Shown one piece after another: positions 47,280 to 57,097 of a stretch of 64,000 nucleotides of DNA (the first letter of the stretch is position 1; each line of letters opens with the position of its first letter). Origin of the DNA: Smithellaceae bacterium (GTDB lineage: Bacteria; Desulfobacterota; Syntrophia; Syntrophales; Smithellaceae); NCBI GenBank assembly GCA_963667845.2, contig CAXXVL010000001.1, positions 404,148 through 468,147 on the forward strand, read 5' to 3'. The translations under genes and the position numbers were made by a program. The notes beneath the pieces are model-generated. The model saw only the letters and a program-made list of their open reading frames with translations. It had not been told where the DNA came from and ran no database searches.

Positions 47280-47340
47280 CAAAATACATAAGCACGCCCC
47301 TCGCGGCACGTGCAGCATTCCGGGGAGAGACGGAAACTTT

Positions 47341-47670
47341 CTATCTTCCATCATCGCGGCTCATCGAGTGTCCCGCTACAACGTCGTCGCCGGGCAGCAT
47401 TTCTTCTTCGACGTCGCTCTTCATGTAATAGGGTTTCTTGCTGGTGCCATGGACCGCTTTCTTTTCTATAAGCACTTCTTCGATAGGTTTATCTTCCTCG
47501 AATTCTTTCGCTTCCATTTTCGGCTCCTCGTTTTCATAGTCGCCGAGTTCCCATATCATCTTGTCCAGGCCTTCATCGCAGACCCTGTCTTTTCCGCTTT
47601 CGAATTCCCTGATCTGATCATCAAGAAGCTGGTCCAGCGGTTTTACTTTGTCTGTGTCCTCGCATTCCAT
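47341..47670 (-). CDS. Hypothetical highly acidic protein
   Basis: Strong AAGGAGG RBS. 109 aa, very rich in Asp/Glu. Confidence 0.6.
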   Translation of the reverse strand: MECEDTDKVKPLDQLLDDQIREFESGKDRVCDEGLDKMIWELGDYENEEPKMEAKEFEEDKPIEEVLIEKKAVHGTSKKPYYMKSDVEEEMLPGDDVVAGHSMSRDDGR

Positions 47671-47978
47671 AGCGTCCTCCTTTATCGATGCCGTTCGGTT
47701 CTTTGTTGACTAAAATGGGTGAAACCGCGGTTAAAATCAATGATGGGAAATAGTAAGCAGAATGGTGGGCAGAAACGATCAGGAAGCAGGCAAACCGGCA
47801 GTCGAATTTTAAGGGGGCTTCTGTCTATCAGAAGTAATATTGGTGCTGTAACTGATTTTTCAAAGGGAAATGATTCTATCTGATTCCGGCGGAGACCGGC
47901 CGCAGCGTCATCTATCGCGAATTTGTTTTCAAGCCGGACATGATCGCTGTTGACGGTTGACGCGGCGTTTTCGCCTTC

Positions 47979-48335
47979 TCATGAGTTGAGCACATCCCTG
48001 GAGATGCGCCATTTGAGCGGGGATGCCGGATGCGAAGTCCCGGCTTCATCATCGAGAAGAAATTGACGATAGTGTGTGGAAATCCATTCCTTCATTCTAA
48101 CATCCTGCAGGGTCCGTTCGTCTTTATTCTTGTCGAGATAATCGTCGATGACTTCTTCTTTGATGATGATCTCGATCTTTCGCGACCGTCTGTTTTGCTT
48201 GTGCAGATCGGTTTCCAGGTTCCAGTCAATTTGCATTAAATGATCGCTGCCCACGACACGCGAAATAATCCAGGCGTTGGCCGGAAAAAGCGGTTTGATC
48301 ATCCTGAGCCAGTAATCGAGTAAGTCTTCAGTCAT
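47979..48335 (-). CDS. Hypothetical protein (downstream member of an overlapping gene pair)
   Basis: Its ATG at 48335 overlaps the stop of the upstream gene by 8 nt (ATGACTGA), suggesting translational coupling. No family recognised. Confidence 0.55.
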   Translation of the reverse strand: MTEDLLDYWLRMIKPLFPANAWIISRVVGSDHLMQIDWNLETDLHKQNRRSRKIEIIIKEEVIDDYLDKNKDERTLQDVRMKEWISTHYRQFLLDDEAGTSHPASPLKWRISRDVLNS

Positions 48336-48633
48336 TGCCGATGATTTTCATTCTTTTAGACCACCCATTCTTATTCGTCGCGACATTTCTGCAGGCGGGA
48401 TTATAATTCAGCGTGAAAGCAACCTTGCCCTGGAACTGCACATCCGGTTCCAGGCGATATCCCGTGATGGTGCCTCCGAAGAAAGAGGGTTCCCCTTGCT
48501 TTTTGTGAAAATAGATTTCACCGCCTACCAGCTCTCTGGCCTTGGCTTCAGCGATCGTCCACCAGCCGCTTTCCCAATTGTTGTCGGGCAGTTTTACAAA
48601 ATTATTTAACGGTTCAACCATGTGTATATTCAT
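48328..48633 (-). CDS. Hypothetical protein (upstream member of an overlapping gene pair)
   Basis: GGAGGA RBS, 101 aa. No family recognised. Confidence 0.6.
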   Translation of the reverse strand: MNIHMVEPLNNFVKLPDNNWESGWWTIAEAKARELVGGEIYFHKKQGEPSFFGGTITGYRLEPDVQFQGKVAFTLNYNPACRNVATNKNGWSKRMKIIGND

Positions 48634-48948
48634 TTTATTCCTCCATTTCCCTGAAAATGCAATCTGCCTGCAAGAGCGTCCGGATCAGATCAGCAAAAGA
48701 TGTGATGTGAGTTTTTTAGAGATGTGTAAATCGGGACCAATATGCACGTCAGCAGGGCAAACATCATGCCTTGGTGACACCATCACAGAAAAAGACCAAT
48801 ATGTCACGACTTATTTAAAGACCCGCCGCTTATTCCCAAAGAGAAACGGATGTTGCACCGGCCATAGGATTGTCAGCCGGGGATCAAAGGCGACGGATTC
48901 ATGCCTCCCGGCCGAACGGGATACCCGTGTTACGGGGGGAACGCAGCA

Positions 48949-49398
48949 TCAGCCCCGGACGATGAGGACGGGAATGCTTTTATCGTTGTGGATGATGCCA
49001 TAGGACACGCTGCCCAGGACGGTCGCGGATAAGGCGCTCCGCCCGCGGGAGCCCATGACAATAAGATCGGCCTTTGTTTTTCGGGCTTCTTTCAATATTT
49101 CCTCGACGGGGTATCCTATCCTGATGGAAAGCTTCACTGCAACTCCATTTTTGTCGCATAGCTTTTTCACTTCTTCAAGATATTCCCCGGCGACGGATTG
49201 CAGATAATCCTCAACAGGTTCCGTGATGTGTTTTGGCGTCTTTGCGGCGGGGACCGTCTGTCCTGTGAAAAGGCGTTTGTCGATGACGCTTAAGGCAAAA
49301 ACCTCCGCCCCCAGCTGCCTGGCAAGGTCAACGGCATAGGCGGCTGCTTTTTGAGATGTCTTTGATCCATCCGACGGTATAAGAATTGAAGAAATCAT
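48949..49398 (-). CDS. Universal stress protein (UspA family)
   Basis: ILIPSDGSKTS...AEVFALSV...DLIVMGSRGRSALSATVLGSVSYGIIHNDKSIPVLIVR. AAGGAGG RBS. Confidence 0.9.
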   Translation of the reverse strand: MISSILIPSDGSKTSQKAAAYAVDLARQLGAEVFALSVIDKRLFTGQTVPAAKTPKHITEPVEDYLQSVAGEYLEEVKKLCDKNGVAVKLSIRIGYPVEEILKEARKTKADLIVMGSRGRSALSATVLGSVSYGIIHNDKSIPVLIVRG

Positions 49399-49432
49399 GC
49401 GTCCTCCTTCGCGATCAAGTATTAGAATTTTA

Positions 49433-49531
49433 AATCCCGCTCACGCCCGACGAGCGTTAATTCCCTGTCGCTTGCCGCGGAATAATGACGTTCATTTCAT
49501 ACCTCGACAGCCTGCTGTGAGATTGTTGATT
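49433..49531 (+). repeat. REP-A copy 5
   Basis: AATCCCGCTCACGCCCGACGAGCGTTAATTCCCTGTCGCTTGCCGCGGAATAATGACGTTCATTTCATACCTCGACAGCCTGCTGTGAGATTGTTGATT. Confidence 0.9.
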
Positions 49532-49751
49532 GATGGAAATGGCTGATTGACCGGGGCTTAATCCCGGCAACTTCCCGGAGCCGGTCCTGCTTCAAGCCGA
49601 TCAGAGCCGTTATTACTTATTTATGGATAAACTATAATGTTACGGCTTTCGGATGTCAATTAGATAGTCGTCACGAAAGCGATTTCCCTGATCGGTCGGA
49701 ACCGGGTGGCAGGGGACCTTCCGCAGAAAGTGGACCGGACCTGAATGCAGC

Positions 49752-49994
49752 TTAAGAATCTTTCATCCTTCTGCGGACTTCTACATAAAGCTCCGTCAGG
49801 CAACCGGCGACTGCCAGAAATAACATGCTCAGCATGAACCGGGGAGCAGATTCCAGCAGTTCATCCAGCAGATGGCCGATCCAGAGGAACAAAAAGGAAG
49901 CAGCCACCAGTGATAAACCCCACGCCGACAACATTGTGATTCCCCGAAAAGAGTTGAATTCTTCGTCACGAATTTTGCCCATCGTAAGCCGCAT
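49752..49994 (-). CDS. AtpZ/AtpI-like small membrane protein
   Basis: Two hydrophobic helices in the pattern WGLSLVAASFLFLWIGHLLDELL..PRFMLSMLFLAVAGCLTELY, as in the ATPase_gene1 family. Not adjacent to the atp operon. Confidence 0.55.
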   Translation of the reverse strand: MRLTMGKIRDEEFNSFRGITMLSAWGLSLVAASFLFLWIGHLLDELLESAPRFMLSMLFLAVAGCLTELYVEVRRRMKDS

Positions 49995-50150
49995 GATTAT
50001 TCCCTCCTTCGTAGTTCAGATTAATCTAATGAAATAATCATGCCAGAATATTGTGAACGGATCAGGGGAAAGGAGGATTTTAAGCTGCCGCAGCCGATTG
50101 TGCCGGCGGACAATCGGCCGGCGGCAACTTAAGATTCCTTGAGGGCGGAT

Positions 50151-51536
50151 TTAATAAACAGTGAAATTCTCGCTTGCGACTTTGATGCCTTCTACATAAA
50201 GATCGACGCGATACGTGCCGGCAGTCCACGTATTATTGGCCGCTTCCCGCCAGCCATAGCCGCTGTTGCGATAAGAAGTCGTCCAGGTCGCCTCAATATA
50301 GGAATTTAAACTTCCCCGGAATATTTCCGTGCCCTGAGCATTGTACCAGATCGCGTCAACGACGAAATCTTTCTTTGTCCCCGGAGCCGGATGCGTGAGA
50401 TTAAGTTCCCAGGCGATATAGCGGGAATTGGTTCTGGAAAAAGATGTTCGATAGACGCGCTGGTCTTTGGGGGTTGCATCATAGGGGCTTTCAAAAAATT
50501 TAACCTCAGACACGGTAGCATTCAAAGACGGAATGGACCTTGTTCCCCGGCCACTGTCCACTTTGGGGATGCTGGCGATGCGAATTCTCTCTTCATCGAG
50601 CTTCCTCTTTTCTTCTTCCATCTTGCGCCGGGCTTCGGCCAGTGCGTTCTTTTCTTGAAGCAGTTCAGTTTCCCTCTTCAGCTTTTCTTTTTCTTCGGCC
50701 AGTTTTTGCCGCTCATCGGCGAATGCGGCGTCGTCGGCGTTTGTGTCCTGCTGCTGAACCTTCGTTTTTCCGGAATCATAGCCTTCCCGGAAATAGAAAT
50801 CACCGCTCAGAGATGACAATTCCCAGGGGACCTGCTGCCCCTTGCTTTTGCTGGACAGGTCCTGGCGGACCCGTTTAAAGACATGTTCGATGGGCAGGCC
50901 GGGCGTGTTCATATGCTTGAGCAGCGATTCCGTGTAGGGGCTGTTGCGGCCCCTGCCGTCTGCGGCCACGTTGCCGGGGCTGGTGGAATAGGTGATGAAT
51001 GTTCCCCGCGGTGCGGCGGAAATGATGCTGAGACCGCGGCTGGCTGAACGGAAGCTCCGGCCGAAGGGATTGTCCCGGCAGGCGTCCAGGATGACGATAT
51101 TCATGCCGTTATTGGCGTTGCTCATTTCGTCAAGGATGCGGCCGGCATCAACTGCCCGGTATTTAAGGTCGGATTCTTTTTTAATTTTTGCTCCGATGGG
51201 GATGAGATAGTTGGCTCCATTGGCTTGGATGCCGTGACCGGCATAGAAGAAAAGACCCACACCGCCTCTTTTCAGACGGTTGCCGAAATCCTCAAAGGAT
51301 TCTTCCATTACTTCCAGAGTGGCATTCTTCTTTAGAATAACGGTAAATCCCATTCTTCTTAAGGAGGCCGCCATATCCGTCGCGTCATTAATGGGATTGG
51401 CAAGCGGCGCGGATTCGTAGCTGCCGTTGCCGATGACGAGGGCCACACGCTCGAGGGCACCGGCAGGCAACGCCGAGAGCATGATTAAAAGCATTATTGT
51501 TGTAACAGGGATCAGTATTCCGATTATTTTACGCAT
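50151..51536 (-). CDS. Exported caspase-family (peptidase C14) protein with coiled-coil linker and C-terminal beta-rich domain
   Basis: Signal peptide. RVALVIGNGSYE, catalytic His in FFYAGHGIQ and Cys in VILDACRDNPF. Glu/Lys coiled coil (EKEKLKRETELLQEKNALAEARRKMEEEKRKLDEE). About 130-aa C-terminal domain. Confidence 0.88.
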   Translation of the reverse strand: MRKIIGILIPVTTIMLLIMLSALPAGALERVALVIGNGSYESAPLANPINDATDMAASLRRMGFTVILKKNATLEVMEESFEDFGNRLKRGGVGLFFYAGHGIQANGANYLIPIGAKIKKESDLKYRAVDAGRILDEMSNANNGMNIVILDACRDNPFGRSFRSASRGLSIISAAPRGTFITYSTSPGNVAADGRGRNSPYTESLLKHMNTPGLPIEHVFKRVRQDLSSKSKGQQVPWELSSLSGDFYFREGYDSGKTKVQQQDTNADDAAFADERQKLAEEKEKLKRETELLQEKNALAEARRKMEEEKRKLDEERIRIASIPKVDSGRGTRSIPSLNATVSEVKFFESPYDATPKDQRVYRTSFSRTNSRYIAWELNLTHPAPGTKKDFVVDAIWYNAQGTEIFRGSLNSYIEATWTTSYRNSGYGWREAANNTWTAGTYRVDLYVEGIKVASENFTVY

Positions 51537-51760
51537 AACTGTTTTTCTATCCTCCTCGAGGTTGCATTTTAAATCGATGCAGGCGCCGTGTCAATCACAT
51601 ATTCATTTGACCCAATAAGCCCGCGTGCGGCCTGGACATTTACCCTGAGACATCTCACGAATGCCGGTGCTATTCCGGTGATCGGCCGTTCGCAGGCGCC
51701 CCCGACGGCGTATCCGGAACCGCCGCACGCGTCCGATCGCCACTCCAGCCGACCCGTTTG

Positions 51761-51859
51761 AATCCCGCTCACGCAAGACGAGCGCTAATTCTCTGTCGCT
51801 TGCTGCGAAATAGTAACGTTCATTTCATACCTCAACAGCTTGCAGCGAGGTGTTTGAAT
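51761..51859 (+). repeat. REP-A copy 6
   Basis: AATCCCGCTCACGCAAGACGAGCGCTAATTCTCTGTCGCTTGCTGCGAAATAGTAACGTTCATTTCATACCTCAACAGCTTGCAGCGAGGTGTTTGAAT. Confidence 0.9.
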
Positions 51860-52186
51860 CCGCTGCGACATTTCAGTCGCTCCCCGGTGACACAAGCGTC
51901 GCCAGCGTATAAGGCCGGCCCAGCCTGGGTTTTGCGACAAAGCAGCTTTCAGGGCTGCATCCGGTGATGACGTCGGAGTCGTTTTAGCGCTTCCCGATTC
52001 TGGCCGTCCGGAGAGCGTTTGTAAGTGGTGGCCACGTTCTCGAGGCGCAACACGATGTGGCACATGTGTTGCACTTCTGAAAGAAACAAAATAGTCAGGC
52101 GGTTTCTTTGACAGCAATCATGCAGGATTCGCGGCGCGGATGACAACCGGTCACAGCCGGTCATCACCGCAGAAAGGAGAGGGCAT

Positions 52187-54414
<2,228 letters not shown>

Positions 54415-54418
54415 AAAG

Positions 54419-54446
54419 AAGGTTCAAGGTTCAAGGTGCAAGGTAC
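54419..54446 (+). repeat. Heptanucleotide tandem repeat (AAGGTNC)x4
   Basis: AAGGTTC AAGGTTC AAGGTGC AAGGTAC, starting 5 nt after the atpC stop. The 24-mer GGTTCAAGGTTCAAGGTGCAAGGT recurs at 57008-57031. Confidence 0.9.
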
Positions 54447-54473
54447 CATTCAGTAGTTTTAACGTTGAGAATG

Positions 54474-54508
54474 GAACTTAAAACTTAAGACTTAAAACTT
54501 AAAACTTT
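54474..54508 (+). repeat. Heptanucleotide tandem repeat (AAACTTA)x5
   Basis: GAACTTA AAACTTA AGACTTA AAACTTA AAACTTT, ending 15 nt before the atpQ ATG. Confidence 0.9.
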
Positions 54509-54523
54509 CAACGGGGTTTGAGC

Positions 54524-54853
54524 ATGGTTGAAATACGACGCACAAACGGGAAACGCCGGAAGATGGCCGATCATTTCACCGAACAGGTTGCCAAAAAAGA
54601 AGCGCTGCGGCTGAAGGGACTCCGCCATAAGGACGAAACCGTCTGGTTCGGTCTGGGCATGATGGGCATTGTCGGCTGGGCGGTCGCTATTCCCACGCTG
54701 ATCGGCGTCGCATTGGGACTCTGGATTGACCGCGCCTGGCCCAGCCAGTATTCCTGGGCGCTCATGCTGCTCATTGCCGGTGTGATCATCGGCTGCATCA
54801 ACGCGGCCTACTGGGTTCGGAAGGTACGCAGCAAGATTATCGAGGAAGAATAA
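54524..54853 (+). CDS. atpQ: N-ATPase accessory membrane protein AtpQ (AtpZ/AtpI-like)
   Basis: Two helices: WFGLGMMGIVGWAVAIPTLIGVALGLWIDRAWP..WALMLLIAGVIIGCINAAYWV. Position after atpC is as in N-ATPase operons. Confidence 0.8.
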   Translation: MVEIRRTNGKRRKMADHFTEQVAKKEALRLKGLRHKDETVWFGLGMMGIVGWAVAIPTLIGVALGLWIDRAWPSQYSWALMLLIAGVIIGCINAAYWVRKVRSKIIEEE

Positions 54854-54854
54854 T

Positions 54855-55151
54855 ATGACGCTGTCCACCACGATGATTCTGGCGGCGGCTTTTGCCGCCG
54901 GGTTGGCCCTCGGCGCATTTTATTTTGTTGCGCTGTGGGAGACGGTGCGCCGCCTGCCGGAGACGGCAAGTCCCGTACGTTTGATGCTGGGAAGTCTCGT
55001 TCTGCGCCTGGCCGTGTTAACTATCGGGTTTTACTTCACCATGGGGGGCCATTGGGAGCGATTGGCTTTGGCCTTGCTGGGTTTTGTTGTGATGAGGAAG
55101 ATTCTGACTTACCGCCTGGGACCTCAAAAGGTGGCCCAAACGGTGCACTAA
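54855..55151 (+). CDS. atpR: N-ATPase accessory membrane protein AtpR
   Basis: 98 aa, three hydrophobic helices with conserved Arg residues (ETVRRLPE, LVLRLAVL). Located between atpQ and atpB. Confidence 0.75.
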   Translation: MTLSTTMILAAAFAAGLALGAFYFVALWETVRRLPETASPVRLMLGSLVLRLAVLTIGFYFTMGGHWERLALALLGFVVMRKILTYRLGPQKVAQTVH

Positions 55152-55194
55152 AAACAATCGGCGCATCATTTTTGCAGCCGATCAAGGAGTCGAT

Positions 55195-55923
55195 ATGGAG
55201 ATTGTATCCCTCAATCAGATCAGTCCCGATCAAGTGATCATCTGGAGCTGGAGCTTCATCACCATCAATGCAACCATTCTCTATACCTGGCTGGTGATGG
55301 CCATCCTGGTCGTCGGTTCCTGGCTGGTCACGCGCAACCTGTCGTCGGAAATGAATGTGTCGCGCTGGCAGCATTTTCTGGAGGTGATCATTTCCATCAT
55401 CCGGGGTGAAATCAGTGAGATGACGAAAAAGGGGGCGGATAAATATATTCCTCTGGTCGGAACCCTCTTTTTGTTTATCTGCGTATCCAACATCCTGGTC
55501 ATTGTTCCGGGGTTTGTCGCGCCGACATCGTCCATGACGACCACGGCGGCGCTGGCTTCCTGCGTCTTTATCGCCGTTCCTTTCTATGGAATATCGCGCA
55601 ACGGACTTTTTCATTATGTCCGGGAATATTTTCAGCCTAATTTTATTTTCTTTCCCTTCCATGTCATGGGGGAATTATCCAGAACGCTGGCCCTCACCGT
55701 TCGTCTTTTCGGTAACATTATGAGTCACGAAAAGGTCGTCGGTATTCTGCTGGCCGTTACACCTTTTTTGTTCCCGGTGGTCATGCAGATTCTGGGACTG
55801 CTCATCGGGGTGATCCAGGCCTACATTTTTGCGATCCTTTCCATGGTCTATATCGCTTCAGCGCTTTCCGCTGAAGACGAAGTTCATCATACGGAGACAA
55901 AGCAAGAGGGCGTAAGCGCTTAA
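55195..55923 (+). CDS. atpB: N-type ATPase a subunit
   Basis: Polytopic. Carries the essential-Arg helix LSRTLALTVRLFGNIMSHE and the C-terminal LIGVIQAYIFAILSMVY helix. Confidence 0.9.
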   Translation: MEIVSLNQISPDQVIIWSWSFITINATILYTWLVMAILVVGSWLVTRNLSSEMNVSRWQHFLEVIISIIRGEISEMTKKGADKYIPLVGTLFLFICVSNILVIVPGFVAPTSSMTTTAALASCVFIAVPFYGISRNGLFHYVREYFQPNFIFFPFHVMGELSRTLALTVRLFGNIMSHEKVVGILLAVTPFLFPVVMQILGLLIGVIQAYIFAILSMVYIASALSAEDEVHHTETKQEGVSA

Positions 55924-55951
55924 AAAACAATTTTATAAAGGAGGAGTATTT

Positions 55952-56218
55952 ATGGACAGCATCAGTCTCGTCGCGATGGCATCGATTTTCGGTGCGGGTT
56001 TGGCAATGGCAATCGGTTCAATCGGTCCCGGACTCGGCATGGGACAGGCAATCTCCCAGGCGCTGGCGGCGATCGCCCAGCAGCCGGATGAGAGAAATTC
56101 TTTAACCAGAACCCTATTTGTGGGATTGGCCATGATTGAATCCATCGCTATTTACTGTTTCGTTATTTCCATGATCCTGATCTTTGCCAATCCTTTCTGG
56201 GGTTTCATTATCAAGTGA
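55952..56218 (+). CDS. atpE: N-type ATPase c subunit
   Basis: 88-aa hairpin with GSIGPGLGMGQ in helix 1, QQPD loop, and the ion-binding carboxylate in LAMIESIAIY (E63, S64, Y68). AGGAGG RBS. Confidence 0.92.
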   Translation: MDSISLVAMASIFGAGLAMAIGSIGPGLGMGQAISQALAAIAQQPDERNSLTRTLFVGLAMIESIAIYCFVISMILIFANPFWGFIIK

Positions 56219-56230
56219 GGGGGATAATCC

Positions 56231-57001
56231 ATGCATATCGACTGGTTTGTTTTTTTAGCGCAAATCTTTAATTTCCTCCTGCTCATGTACTTGTTGAAAC
56301 GCTTTCTTTACGGGCGGATCCTCAAGGCCATGGATGACCGTGAAGCAAAAATAGCTGCGCGCTTCGCCGAGGCTGATGAGTTGAAAGCAAAGGCCAATGT
56401 GGCAGCCGAGCTTTATGAAAAACGTAACCAGATGCTCAATGAAACAAAAGAGGTCATGCTCAATGAGGCCACGATGGCCGCTGACGCCAAGCGCAAGGAG
56501 CTTATGGACAAAGTCCGCGTGGAAGTCGAACAGGTCAAAGCGCGTTGGCAGGACATGCTGACCCGTGAACAGGATGCCTTCTTCTATGATCTGCGACAGC
56601 GCGCGGCCAAACAACTGTATGCCACGGCGCGCAAGGCTCTGTCCGATCTGGCGGATGCCGATCTGGAAGAGAGAATTGTCGATGAATTTCTCCGCCGGAT
56701 CCAGGCGCTGGATGCGGAAAAAAGCGCTCAGATGCGCAAGGCAATCACCGGCAGCGGCAATCGGGTGACCATTCAGAGCGCTTTCGGCATTTCGGAACCG
56801 AGGCAGGCCGAGATCGAGGTAATTCTGAAAAAGCAGATCACCAACGGTTTTACGATCCGCTATGTGAGTGAACCGGATATCGTGTCGGGCATTGAACTCA
56901 GGGTGAACGGGCATAAAATCGCCTGGAGTCTTAATGAATATCTGGAGACGCTTGTGGAGAGCTTAACGGAAACCCTCCAGAAAGAGGCGCATGCGACATA
57001 G
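56231..57001 (+). CDS. atpF: N-type ATPase b subunit (long form with delta-like C-terminal region)
   Basis: N-terminal membrane helix, long charged coiled coil, and a C-terminal ~90 aa (RVTIQSAFGIS...IVSGIELRVNGHKIAWSLNEYL) resembling the OSCP/delta C-terminus. No separate atpH in the operon. Confidence 0.85.
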   Translation: MHIDWFVFLAQIFNFLLLMYLLKRFLYGRILKAMDDREAKIAARFAEADELKAKANVAAELYEKRNQMLNETKEVMLNEATMAADAKRKELMDKVRVEVEQVKARWQDMLTREQDAFFYDLRQRAAKQLYATARKALSDLADADLEERIVDEFLRRIQALDAEKSAQMRKAITGSGNRVTIQSAFGISEPRQAEIEVILKKQITNGFTIRYVSEPDIVSGIELRVNGHKIAWSLNEYLETLVESLTETLQKEAHAT

Positions 57002-57005
57002 AAGA

Positions 57006-57054
57006 CAGGTTCAAGGTTCAAGGTGCAAGGTGCAGGGACCAGGGACAGGGAGCA
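57006..57054 (+). repeat. Heptanucleotide tandem repeat, 7 units decaying from AAGGTNC to AGGGACN
   Basis: CAGGTTC AAGGTTC AAGGTGC AAGGTGC AGGGACC AGGGACA GGGAGCA, starting 5 nt after the atpF stop. Confidence 0.9.
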
Positions 57055-57097
57055 GCGCTCAAGGCGATAAGGGGAAAAAGACGGCAGGAGGCTTGGA

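Noticed and set aside
54419-57054. Heptad arrays considered as a CRISPR array or minisatellite-encoded peptide
   Set aside because: The units are 7 nt with no spacers, far below CRISPR repeat size. The arrays are intergenic and not in any open frame.
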